Below, piece by piece: positions 1-11,917 of a stretch of 64,000 nt of DNA. The notes beneath the pieces were generated by a model. That model was not told where the DNA came from. It ran no database searches and worked only from the letters and a program-made list of their open reading frames with translations. Source of the stretch: Eledone cirrhosa (lineage: Eukaryota); NCBI GenBank assembly GCA_964016885.1, contig CAXHJY010001116.1:12007-76006 (forward strand), written 5' to 3'. Positions within the stretch are counted from its first letter, which is position 1, and every line of letters starts with the position of its first letter. The position numbers and the translations under genes are program-made.

Positions 1-69
1 TCAGTGGGATCGAACCAGGGACCTACTGATTGCACAGCGACCTTCTTAAGCATTTAGCCATGCTGCACC
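1..69 (-). mobile_element. tRNA-derived SINE head, cut by the window edge
   Basis: Minus strand reads GGTGCAGCATGGCTAAATGCTTAAG...GGTTCGATCCCACTGA, with A-box-like and B-box (GGTTCGATCC) motifs but no complete cloverleaf. Confidence 0.55.
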
Positions 70-316
70 CCGGTTATTTTGTGTTACCAATAGCATTGGT
101 AAAGGCACAAAGGAGTAAAAGATACTGCTTCCTATTTCCCATCTAACACAAACGTAAATCAATATGATGTTTTTGTTGTTATTGTTAAATCATGGCCGTC
201 CTCTTTGTGTGACTATATAATCAGTGTCATACTTTTTTTTCTAAGACTTTGGTCTTTGGAACGAAAGACTTTTTCATTTTTTAATCCATTCATAACAAGC
301 ATTTTTATAGAAGTAT

Positions 317-420
317 TAAATCGATCCCAATACATGGCAGGCGATCGATTTTATCGACCGAGTCCGAAAAGATAAAAGGCAAAGTCGACGTCGGCAGAAT
401 TTGAACTCAGAACATAAAGG
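317..420 (-). mobile_element. Degenerate SINE family A fragment
   Basis: TTTTATCGACC...AAGGCAAAGTCGAC...ATTTGAACTCAGAAC matches the reverse complement of the family A core seen many times in the window. Confidence 0.65.
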
Positions 421-2120
421 GTCGACTCTAAATGCCAGATTTTTGTCTGATGTTCTAATGGTTCTGCGAATCAGAGTGTGATTTGAGGAAGCTTTGGCTG
501 CTATTTCCAGCAAGTCAAGCGATATGGTGGAGTGTATAGAGAAGTTTCCCAAATAACTATTTTTTTTTCCCCGATGGTAGTCTTTTCCTTCCAATTATAT
601 TGTTAAAACCCTCAGAATTATTGCCCCATACTTTCATTACTCTTACATCAAAATTACTAGCTTTATACCTAAAGTAAGAAATCAATAAAAGTGATTCAAT
701 ACAAGTTTCTATAGATCACCAAAAAGCTTTCTTTCATATCAAAAGTTTGTACTGACTACAATCGTTAGGTAATATTTTACATAGATGTTACAGTTTTGTT
801 ACTTCTACTACTACAAAAACCAGCAACACCACCACCACGACCAGTATCACCTCCAAAACCACCACTATCACCAACACAAACAACAACAATTTTCCATGTG
901 GGGGCAGTAAAATTAAGCCACGTCAAATGTGTTCCAAGCTAAGAGAGGTGGGCGTTCAAATCACTTCTGTTGATGAACTCCCAACAATTTGAAAAGGTCA
1001 ATTGACACGTCGATCCATCAAACAAATGTTAGCCTAAGCTTTTACTTCTGCTGTTACGGTGTACATGTTTTTACTCTCTCATTGAAGTTGTTACTTTGTA
1101 ATTTCTGCTTATTTCAATTTTCTGAGTCAACCACCAGATCTGATGTAGCATTATATGACGTAGATAGCATTAAAAGGGATCGCAGAGAATATATACCTTT
1201 CATGAAATTTTTCATTCATTTTTATTTTATTTTAAACATCTTTATTTTGCCATTTACTATTGAACAGATTGTTTGATCTGGCAAGAAGAAAGAAGATAAT
1301 GTTTCTCCGGTATTCAGAATATTGTAAAAAAAAAAAATAGAATCGGGTTTTCAAATCTGGGTAAATCTAAAACTGTCTTTGCCTCCTTTTAGATCATCCC
1401 CTCCTCTCTCTATCTATCTATCACTGGTCTATTTATATTGAAATCTGTTATAAAGGTGGTTTCTTTCTTTTAACCTTATTCCATTCGTTGATCATCCCCT
1501 CTCCTCCCTCCATTAAGCCTAATCCATCAACTAAAAGCTTTAATGCAGTAACCTTATAATTATTTCTTTTATCATGGCTTTCTGCAAATATGGCTGGCCA
1601 TTTTAAGTGTGTTTCGATCCACTAACGAAATAAGTCAATCGCAAGTAAAAATACTAGCAGCGATGTGTAACATTTGTCAAGGATGTGGTACTTTGCTAGC
1701 GATATGTCAGTTAATAGTCATCAGTTCAAAACCTATTCAACACCTGGAGAGTTTATTTTCCAAGGTGCGAGTCTCAGGAAGGTTTTCTATAGAAGATGAG
1801 AATTTGCTCATGCATGCAAACCTCCTCTCCCCATGCAACAAATTCTGACCAGGAAACGGCAAATGCCGATACAGTTTAGCATCAGTGTCATTGTGGATGT
1901 GGCTATCGAAGTGAAATGAGCCAGTAGAGATAACACAAGGCATCTCTTTTGTTGTTCTAGCTATTCCACAAACCCACCATCTATCCTGAAAGTATGAAAT
2001 ATATAGTTGGCCCCGATGGGATTTGAATTCAGAGTATAAAATACCGCACCAAATATGGCAAGGCTTTCTCTACAACGCTTTAATGACTGCCTATTCGCCG
2101 TTATCTTTATTTGAAGAACA

Positions 2121-3360
2121 ATATTCCAAGGCGATATACTTTCTCTACCCCTTCTATGTTATGCGCTAATACACTTACCCCAGCATATAAAATCAGACTG
2201 AACTGGGATTAAAAGGCTATGGAAGGACAATGAACTATCTTTTGTATAAAGACGGGCTCAAATTGGTCGTTGCGGATGACAAAAGTATAGCTAGTCATGA
2301 CATATATTTACTAGAAGAAGTGATATGAGATTCTGGTTATATAAATAAGCCATGGCAAACTTGAAAAGGAAAACGTGTTATATCATAGATGTAAAGAAAC
2401 GGTGATAAGAGAATTGAAGAAAACTTAAGGTAACAAATACTCAGGAAACAATGAACTAGGGCGCGGGTGGCACTCGCAAATTAAAGAAAGAGTTAGGAAA
2501 GAATATTATAGACTCATAGATATATTTACAACAGAGCTAATTGTAAATAATAAAGTAATGGATATCAATAATCCAGCTGAACCAGAGTCAAGTTTATAAG
2601 ACCCTCCATATCAAATACCTGAACGAACTGAACAGGATGAAATTAGACAAAGAAAGCTGGCAGTATTCGCTAAACATGGTGGAAAGATTCTTGACAGCAT
2701 CTCAGAATCAAATCCATTCAATTGGAACGCTCAAACAAGCATGTAATGAAGCGGAACATATTAAGTAACTACAAAACACCGGCAAACTAGGAAGAAACAA
2801 TTGATGGAAATGTATCTAGTTGCCTAATATTAGCCCGCAAAATATATCTATGGATATGACAGTTGAGCTTTCATACGCTGGAAATTATGACAGTAATATG
2901 ACAACAGATGAGAGGAGATATAAATATTCATAAGAAAATGTAACAAAGAATGACAAAGCCATCATATTAATCGGTTGAATATTGTCGACAGGGAGCACCA
3001 ACAAAGCATGTCCTTTCTAATGGAAATATCAGTCGCAACAGAGGATAGCGTATATCTAAAAGAAATAGATAAAGTTATCCAAATATAAAGATAAACAGTG
3101 TTGTGACTGAAGACATAAACAGGTTCTATATAAATAGGTGACTTGATTAAAACAAACATGCAGACAAATACAAAACTGAAACCTACCGAAGTTACAAATT
3201 TACAGAAAATATCGTTACTAGAACATACAGAAAATATAGTTACTAGAACATACAGAAAATATAGTTACTAGAACATACAGAAAATATAGTTACTAGAACA
3301 TACAGAAAATATCGTTACTAGAACACAGAAAATATAGTTACTAGATTATGTAAAGATTGA
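2121..3360 (+). mobile_element. Decayed R4/Dong-like non-LTR retrotransposon ORF (RT plus restriction-like endonuclease)
   Basis: Manual translation gives motifs in the expected order: IFQGDILSLPLLCYALI (2121), MNYLLYKDGLKL (degenerate YMDDLKL, ~2230), SSCLILARKIYL (~2815), NRLNIV..FLMEISVATEDSVYLKEIDK..KYKD (~2970-3090) and LQKISLL (~3200). Many stops and frameshifts. Confidence 0.7.
3201..3345 (+). repeat. 25-bp minisatellite, ~5.7 copies
   Basis: Unit TACAGAAAATAT(A/C)GTTACTAGAACA repeated in tandem at the C-terminal coding end of the R4/Dong-like remnant. Confidence 0.9.
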
Positions 3361-3507
3361 GTAACGTATTCTGAATACAATAGAAAATATGGAATTGAAA
3401 CTAAACACTTCATATATCCAAGATGTATTGAACTATATGCGGTAGTGCAGTAAATATATACAATAAAAATATAACTACTCAAAAGTAGAAACAATTATTT
3501 TCCACAA

Positions 3508-3670
3508 CGGAGAGGTGGATGAGCAGAATCGGTAGAACGTCAGACAACTTGCTTTGCTGCATAGAGATACGTCCCTTTACGATACGACCTCATCGATGTT
3601 AGCATATTATAACTTTATACGGAACTCTTTTTATTATACGGGGTCGATAAAATAAAGAACCAGTAACGCA
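3508..3670 (+). mobile_element. Degenerate SINE family A copy
   Basis: GGTGGATGAGCAGAATCGGTAGAACGTCAGAC head and GGGGTCGATAAAATAAAGAACCAG core. Confidence 0.65.
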
Positions 3671-4194
3671 CTTTCCCCTTCTCCAAATCATAAACCATTA
3701 TTTGCCACAATGGGTCATTATATTCATACAGAACGTGTTAAAAATAGTTACAGGGTATATGGAGGTGTGCATATGTATGTCTGTGTGTGCATGCGGGAAT
3801 GTGCATATATATATAAGTTCACATACCTGAGAAACTGCCACCTAAGGTAAAATGGGGCCCCACGATCCTGACTATCTGCTTTTGGTTTGATGAGAGAAAT
3901 TTGTATATCCGAAAGTACCCATAATCCTTTTTTGGTTTCTAGCAGAGCAGAGAGGAAGCCTTGTACGCTCCAGCAAATAGTCACGGTTAATATGTAAGCA
4001 CGTGTGAATTAGAATGCCCACGCTGGCTTACGTATTACGTCTTCTAAATTTAACGGAGAAAAATAGGATTGCCATGTTAGTGTAAACAGTCTAACACATC
4101 GCGAAAATAAGAGGTGTGGTTTCGAATCCCGCGTGTGCTAATGCCCTTTTCATGCCATCCGATATGGAGGTTCATATGCCCTAATATTAGACTA

Positions 4195-4362
4195 CAGTAT
4201 TTCCCAGCGTCGAAGACGCTTCATCATCGAGAATGCACCCTAATTTTGACAACCAAAGATTTGAAAAAAAATAATAAACAACCTTCGGCCTCCAGGACGC
4301 ATGGTAGATTTTTTAGACTTATTTTAGGGGGAAAGTAGCGTCTTCGACGCCGGGAAATACGG
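4195..4362. mobile_element. Tc1/mariner (Tc2-like) MITE, 168 bp
   Basis: 26-bp TIRs CAGTATTTCCCAGCGTCGAAGACGCT and AGCGTCTTCGACGCCGGGAAATACGG (2 mismatches), flanked by TA on both sides. A CCGTA terminus is typical of Tc2-type elements. Confidence 0.8.
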
Positions 4363-4727
4363 TATTTTCTGTGGTCAATATACGATGAAAGCTTCTAATT
4401 TTAATTTCAACATGTTCAATGGCCACTCTATTCTAATTTACATGAGCTTATATGTAATATATTTACGAAGATATTAAATCAATTATACTAAATCAGTTCT
4501 TGACTGTATCAGTAATTAAGTTAATATGTTATAGAATATTCTAAAGATCTAACAACCCGTTTTGTGCATATATTTATTTCATACACTGAGTACCCAAAAC
4601 ACACGAGTGACTGTTAAGAGAGTTCTAAAAATTATCCACATAAAATCTATACAATCCTAACTTTATACAGAGTCTGCCAATAAAATGTATACACACTTCA
4701 AGAATATATATATATATATATATATGA

Positions 4728-4950
4728 GTAAACTGCTTACTCAACTGTAGAAATGAGTTGCGACGTCACTGGTGCCAAGCTGTATCGGCCATAGCCTTTC
4801 TCTTGGACATCATCGATGGCGTGGAGAGGGGAGGCTGGTATGCATGGGCGACTGCTGGTCTTCCTTAAACAACCTTGCCCGGACTTGTGCCTTGGAGGGG
4901 AACTTTCTAGGTGCAAAGCACATGGTCATTCGTGGTCGAAAGGGGTCTTT
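4728..4950 (+). mobile_element. 5'-truncated SINE (end of CORE-like segment plus a distinct GC-rich tail)
   Basis: Begins with TTACTCAACTGTAGAAATGAG, shared with SINE family B, then continues into a different tail. Flanked by (TA)n. Confidence 0.55.
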
Positions 4951-5068
4951 GATATATCTATGTAGTATATATGTATATATATTTGCTCTACGGTTCTTAT
5001 ATATTTGATATATATTTATCCTTATCGAGCCCTCTTTGGATTTTAGTCTTCAAATTTATTATTATTAC

Positions 5069-5101
<33 letters not shown>

Positions 5102-6288
5102 TATAATATATATATATATACATAGTGTTCCCCAGAAATGCATACACATCTGAGTTACGAGACCATACATGAATATTGAAGGTTAAAACTTTTACTTTTT
5201 GGTGGAGATGGGGGTGGGGGCATGTTTACCACTGATACAATGTTATAATGGAACCCTTTGCTAAAGTAAGACTTTTAGAAAAACACCCCTGACTTGTGAG
5301 GGTTAATTTCATTTATGTAATGTAAAATATATTCATTTTGAATACATTCAATGATGTTAGTGGTGATTTATCACTAACCACCGCTGCTTTTGACCATTTA
5401 TTTTAATCCCACCCCCAACACCAATTATCTCGACATCCATTTACCAACAAATCTAGTCTATTAAAATTGTTATAATAGGAGAAATATGCGACTAATTTGA
5501 ATGTTTTTTGCTTTCATCTCGAAAATCAGTTTGAAGTTATTAATAACAGACAATATAATTCTTAAGTTAATTAGAAAATGTAGAAAAAAATTGAAAACAT
5601 TTGCTTTATTTAACCATCTTCTGTCAAACCTTTTTTTTTTTATCTTTAATGCAAATGTTTAACAATATCAAATCAAAATCACATTATAAAAGTATAATAT
5701 ATATTTATTTTATTTTATTTTGTTTGTTTTCTTCAAATCCTATTAAACACATTACATGTAAAATGTTAAAATATTTAGTTATCAAATTCAATTTATGAAA
5801 TTTGTAAACAGAAATTCTTTAGTGATTTGTTTTTCTATTTGTAACAAACAACTAATATCTCAATAAATCAATCAGGAGTTGTCTTATGGTGTACATTTGT
5901 CAACAGAAAAGATATGTGTTTTTATATATACAAGGAGTAAAGTAATAGTCGTTAGTAGCAGAGTGTATCGTGGTTTGAATAAAATTACATTTACTATAAA
6001 TTAGTGTCTTCGAGAAAATTTCATTTTTTCTTTTATATCCAGTATATAATTTACTAAAGAATATATTAGGTTCACTAGCTAAGATAACCAACAGTTCGTT
6101 TCCTGTATTGTATTTATAGCCAAGACATTTACACTTAGTGGTCCAGTCTTTTAAGTTACAAATCGGTTTCACATCTGTTTAATAATACGTAACTGGGTTT
6201 TGTTCTAACGATTATTATTATAATTATTTCATTTACTATGAATTTTTTAGACGGCGGTATGGCAGAGTCGTTAGAACGTCGGATAGAT

Positions 6289-6784
6289 TCCCTACAAATA
6301 TTACTATATTTTCTTAGTTATAGAAAATGGTTATTCCCAGAGAATAATCAACCCTTGCAAATATTACTACCTGTTCTTAGTTATAAAAAATGGTTATTCC
6401 CAGAGAATAATCAACCCCTACAAATATTACTACCTGTTCTTAGTTATAAAAAATGATTATTCCCAGAGAATAATCACCCCCTACAAATATTACTACCTGT
6501 TCTTAGTTATAAAAAATGGTTATTCCCAGAGAATAATCAACCCCTGCAAATATTACTACCTGTTCTTAGTTATAAAAAATGATTATTCCCAGAGAATAAT
6601 CACCCACTACAAATATTACTACCTGTTCTTAGTTATAAAAAATGATTATTCCCAGAGAATAATCAACCCCTGCAAATATTACTACCTGTTCTTAGTTATA
6701 AGAAATGGTTATTCCCAGAGAATAATCACCCCCTACAAACATTACTAGGTGTTCTTAGTAATAAGAAATGGTTATTACCAGAGA
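6289..6784 (+). repeat. 63-bp minisatellite, ~8 copies
   Basis: TTATTCCCAGAGAATAATCA recurs at 6331, 6394, 6457 and onward. Directly preceded by a SINE head fragment (6253-6287). Confidence 0.92.
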
Positions 6785-7067
6785 TAAAGTGTTTAAAACG
6801 TTACTTAAATCTGTTCCTATTTGAGATTGACTTATATAAAGGAGTCATATTGAAACCTGTATTTGTTCAGGATTTACTGCAATATACGTATATCGTATAT
6901 CGTATATTCAATTATTCAATATCTACTGAATTATAAATCGCTTGCAGACTGAATTAAATATATATCATATTTCAACGTAATAAACAAATATAAAAAAAAC
7001 TATCAACTTTAGAATGACATATTTAATATAAATCGATGAAATGTTTTACTTGTGTTTATTTGGAAAG

Positions 7068-7471
7068 AAAATATCGTGTACATATAAATTACATAAAATA
7101 TCGTGTACATATAAATTACATAAAATATCGTGTACATATAAATTACATAAAATATCGTGTACATATAAATTACATAAAATATCGTGTACATATAAATTAC
7201 ATAAAATATCGTGTACATATAAATTACATATAATATCGTGTACATATAAATTACATAAAATATCGTGTACATATAAATTACATAAAATATCGTGTACATA
7301 TAAATTACATATAATATCGTGTACATATAAATTACATAAAATATCGTGTACATATAAATTACATAAAATATCGTGTACATATAAATTACATAAAATATCG
7401 TGTACATATAAATTACATAAAATATCGTGTACATATAAATTACATAAAATATCGTGTACATATAAATTACA
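7068..7471 (+). repeat. 27-bp minisatellite, ~15 near-identical copies
   Basis: Unit AAAATATCGTGTACATATAAATTACAT. It explains the 9-aa periodic ORFs on both strands. Confidence 0.95.
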
Positions 7472-7699
7472 AATATAATTAGTTAGTCACGTATTTATGT
7501 TAAATAAATATTCTAATGTAGAGATTAGCAAACATTTTCCATTTGATAGAAACTTCGATTGGGGCATAAAAATAAATTACTTTCTGAAGATTAAACAATA
7601 AAAGATATTGTTTATTATTGTCTTATATCATGGGTCACAGACATGTCTAAGCAATGTAAATGAACTGAAATAGTTTAGCAGAGAATTTGAAGTAAGTCG

Positions 7700-8180
7700 C
7701 GAACTCAGCCCATTGCCTGTCTAACTCTATACTATCTCATCCGAGATCCATGGATGAGTTCTCGCTAGCGGTCTCTGTCCCTCATTATCGCTGCCATGTC
7801 CTGCATCTCCAACAGACCAGTGTCTGTCCTTAGGGTATCAACATATGTTTACCTCGGTCTTCCTCTTCCAGTGTGTCCATGCAGGGGCTCCCACAGGAGC
7901 ACTGAGTGCAGTGTCAACTCTGGATGTCGGTGAGCATGTCCAGCTAACCTCAGTCTCCTCTGTGTCACTTTGAGCTGACTTTAGGAGGCTCCCGTACAGC
8001 TCTGAGTTCTTCATCCTCAGTGTATGCTGATTAATGTTCAGAGCCATCCTCAGCATTCTCGTGTAGCACCCATCCACCATCTGAGTGAGTTTCTTGGTCA
8101 GTGTCCAAGTCTCAGACCCGTACAGCAGCACAGACTCCACTATAGCAGCTTGAGATCGGTGTGGAAGGCGGACCTTCTAT
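7700..8180 (-). mobile_element. RTE-like LINE 3' fragment
   Basis: ORF 7838-8140 contains ESVLLYGSETWTLTKKL..DGCYTRMLRMALNI, the post-RT region of RTE-type ORF2. Frameshifted afterwards. Confidence 0.8.
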
Positions 8181-8218
8181 ACTATAATACTCGTATATAT
8201 ATATATATATAATATATA

Positions 8219-8733
8219 CTAGCAGAAAAACCACCCTTCGGGTGGTTTTCTGCAAGCATGTGTAGTGTGCATATTGATATTATACGCAAGTATATATACA
8301 TGTAGATATGATACATCAAATAAAATCGTAATTGACAATATACACAGAAATTGTACGAATACTGTGATACACTGATACATTAAAAAAAGACGATATTATA
8401 TATAAACTGCATTAGGAGAAAATTAGTGACAGAAAATTAGTATGTTTATTTAAGTGATCACCACCGGAAGTGTTGACATCACACACTCTCTCTTTCTATA
8501 TATATGGTAGTTGAAGTGGTGGTGGCAACGATATACCGGAAGTGCAACTTTGAAAAGAAGTCAATTTTAAATTATTTATTTTTACGAAATTATTTTTGTT
8601 TACGAAATTTAGTAGATAAATTATGTAATATCCATTCATTATTTATTCAAAGTAATCCAACTTATTTTACTAACGGGATAAAAAAAAATAAACCGTACGC
8701 AGTCCCGCAGACCTTCCTTTATTATAGTTTGGA
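8219..8733 (-). mobile_element. Non-autonomous Helitron, 515 bp
   Basis: Minus strand: A|TCCAAACTATAATAAAGG ... hairpin AAAACCACCCGAAGGGTGGTTTT-TCTG-CTAG|T. This gives a 5' TC, a subterminal hairpin, a 3' CTAG and an A|T target with no TSD. Confidence 0.72.
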
Positions 8734-8756
8734 TTATATTATATTATAACTTTAAG

Positions 8757-8948
8757 GGCGGTGGATTGGCAGTATCGGTAGAGGGTCGGACGCCATGCTT
8801 TGACGCATAGAGTTACGGCCCTTGCCATTCTGAGTTCAAATCCCGCCGAGGTTAACTTTGCCTTTCATCCTTACGGGGTCGATAAAATAAAGTACCAGTA
8901 ATGCACTGGGTATTTGCTGGCCTTGTGCCAAACGTAGAAACAATTATA
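8757..8948 (+). mobile_element. SINE family A, full length, with 15-bp TSD
   Basis: tRNA-like head (GGCGGTGGATTGGCAGTATCGGTAGAG; B box GAGTTCAAATCC), core GCCTTTCATCCTTACGGGGTCGATAAAATAAAGTACCAG (resembles the Meta/MESC SINE domain, from memory), tail GGCCTTGTGCCAAA.GTAGAAACAATTAT. TSD ATTATAACTTTAAGG at 8743 and 8943. Confidence 0.9.
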
Positions 8949-8954
8949 ACTTTA

Positions 8955-9273
8955 AGGTAGCAAATTGTCGGTCATTGTCGTCTGATAAAATGTTTTGCTG
9001 TATTCGTTTCGACTCTCTGAGTTCAAATCTCACCGAGGTCAACTTTGCCTTTCATCCTTATAAGATCGATAAAAAAATTCAAGTTTAGTACTGGGGTCGA
9101 TTTTTCCTTTATATCTCTTTCTCACCTCCTCTCTATCGTCCTCTGGAAAAAAAATCTGCTGTATTCAGACCTGGAGAGGAGATGGGCTCCACCAGGTTTT
9201 TAAAATGCCCAAGAAACACCGTATGTCAATATGGCGTCCCTACGACTCCCTCATGAGTTACGGGACCATACAT
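8955..9273 (+). mobile_element. Older SINE A variant with long alternative tail (A2)
   Basis: Degenerate A head and core, then CT-rich linker and ATCTGCTGTATTCAGACCTGGAGAGGAGATGGGCTCC...CCCTACGACTCC..GAGTTACGGGACCATAC. The same architecture recurs at 10646-10825(-), 18340-18552(-), 22921-23245(+) and 52100-52374(-). Confidence 0.65.
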
Positions 9274-9327
9274 GCATATTAAAGCTATATACATAACTCT
9301 TTTTATTATTAAATATCAGATCACCAA

Positions 9328-9733
9328 GGCGGTGGATTGGCAGTATCGGTAGAGGGCCGGACGCCATGCTTTGCAGCATAGAGTTACGGCCCTTTATGAT
9401 CTGAGTTCAAATCCTGACGAGGTTAACTTTGCCTTTCATCCTTATGGGGTCGATAAAATAAAGTACCAGTCACGCACTGGGGTCGATTTAATCGACTTTC
9501 CACTCCCCAAAATCGTTGGCCTTGTGCCTAAATCAGAAATCATTAGGTGGATTGGCAGTATCGGTGGAGGGTCGGACGCCATGCTTTGACGCATAGAGTT
9601 ACGGCCCTTGCCATTCTGAGTTCAAATCCCGCCGAGGTTAACTTTGCCTTTCATCCTTACGGGGTCGATAAAATAAAGTACCAGTGATGCACTGGGTAAT
9701 TGCTGGCCTTGTGCCAAAAGTTGAAACAATTAT
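9328..9733 (+). mobile_element. Head-to-tail SINE A dimer with shared 19-bp TSD
   Basis: Two copies (9328-9545, 9547-9733) flanked by ATTATTAAATA(T/G)CAGATCA at 9305 and 9729. Confidence 0.88.
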
Positions 9734-10575
9734 TAAATAGCAGATCAATGAGTATGAAAGTTATTTTTATTAAAGACTAACGACGGCATAAATGTTTCAG
9801 TTATTTTAAATTCTCAGAAATAATTCCTTGTCAAAACTCATTTATATAGCTCTCAGTTGTTCGTTTCATCAACACAGTGGGAGATTAGAAAATCTCATGA
9901 GATCGACAAAACGTCTCATCTTAAACATTGAGAATCTACAGGAAAATCCTTTCGCATCTATTATCAGCTCTTTTATAGTAAATAATGTGTCTATTTATTA
10001 CAGGTAATATCTTCGCAACTCACTAAGTATTCTCAGACAATTTTACTTAGCTAACGGTGAATGGTAGTTTATCTTTCTTCGCGTGTTCTATTAAAAGAAC
10101 CAAATATTTCTTCAAAACGTTAGGAATTTAAACAAGTATTGATGATCACCGCTGTGAGTTAATAGTCTAAATTTCCATACTCAATTAGATGTATCTTACT
10201 ACATATCGAGACAAAAACACATCTATTAAATATCTTGTTTCTACTTTCATCGATGGACGATGCCATCAGCCAGACATTATTATTATTGAACAAACTTTCG
10301 CCGTTAGCAAGGTACAATTGTCTGAGAATCGTTTGAAGTTTAGAAAGAGCGTAGTGATTGCGAATATATTGCTCGTAATAGAGACACAGAGTGCTAAAAT
10401 AGTCCTAGGGAAGGTCACAGGGTGTGTGAGGAAAGACAATGATAATCAATCCTTCGGTTGTTAAACCAACCGATGAGTGAATAATTAGTTACCTGACTAT
10501 TAATAAAGATCAAATCGAAACTTATTGGTGTGTGTTTTTGTTGGAAGTATGACATTCCTTATATATATAGAGGGC

Positions 10576-10645
<70 letters not shown>

Positions 10646-10651
<6 letters not shown>

Positions 10652-10825
10652 TTCTAAACCTGGCAGAGCCCATCTCCTCTCCAGGTGTGAATACAGCAGA
10701 TTTCTTCCAGAGAAGTATAGAAATAGTGAAAGAATGGAAATGAGAAAGAGAGATATAGAGGAAGAATCGATTCCAGTACGAGACTGGTACTTTTTTTATC
10801 GATCTCAAATGGATAAATGGTAAAT
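10646..10825 (-). mobile_element. SINE A2 fragment
   Basis: Reverse complement of the A2 tail and core seen at 9060-9210. Confidence 0.6.
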
Positions 10826-11457
10826 GTTGTAGCTGTTATTATTCTACATGTAGTAACGGTTTATAAAACAGACACAGTATTTACCACAGATTTATTTGGG
10901 AAGAGTTACCCACAGCTTCATGGTATTACACGTAATCAACAGGATATTGTTTCCTCGTAAGAAAATTAGATTGTATTATTAGAGACAGGCCCAATTACCA
11001 ATGTGTCATCGAAACGGATTTGCTTGGAATCTCAGCAGCATTTTATATTTTAATAGCATGCCTTTTACATAAAGCTGACGTTGACGACCAAGTTTGCACC
11101 TGCAACCATCATGAGAGTTTGCTAATTAGCAAGCGCATTTACGTATTACGAATGTTAACACACGAGAAAAACAATTTTGTTGTTTGACTTTTTCTTTGTT
11201 GATTAAATATTTAGGGTTTGCCAAAGATTGTGAATACAAGATTCTTAAAGTGCTACTTAGAAGGTGTTTCCTCAAATAATGTATCTCATCAAACAATAGA
11301 AGATATTTTATAAAAACGCCTTCTTGGAATTGTATATAAACTGATTAAACAATTTGGATTACACTTGAAAAACTTTGCTATTAGAGATGTACAGTTTCAT
11401 ATCACACCCTTTAATAGCCTTCTCGATATATATATATGTCTGTGTGTAAAGAGTTTG

Positions 11458-11790
11458 TCGTGCTGAGACCGAGGGGACCACTAATAATGGTTTTTATATA
11501 GGCACAAGGCCAGCAATTTTGGGGGGAGGGAAAGTCGATTAAATCGACCCCAGTGCGTGACTGGTACTTTATTCTATCGACCCCGTAAGGTTGAAAGGCA
11601 AAGTTAACCTCGGCGGAATTTGAACTCAGATCATAAAGGGCCGTAACTCAATGCTGCAAAGCATGGCGTCTGACCCTCTACCGATATTGCCAATCCACCG
11701 CCCTTAGGGGACCACTAATAATGGAAGTACTCAATGCATGGGGAGATGCAGAATGGATATAGAGATAGGTAAAAGCCCACTTGGCGCCGT
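11458..11790. mobile_element. Dispersed repeat interrupted by a SINE A copy (11491-11703, minus) with 19-bp TSD
   Basis: AGGGGACCACTAATAATGG is duplicated at 11472 and 11706. Uninterrupted host copies occur at 46301-46375 and 37700-37800 (inverted). Confidence 0.85.
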
Positions 11791-11917
11791 GGTCAGGGTT
11801 TTTCCTATATCTCTCTATATACTGTATATGTATACCAGTTTTAAAGTAGTAATACCATTATTCAACAGAGTACTCGACACTTAGAATAGTAGAGTGTAAA
11901 TATATAAGAGAGTCGGG

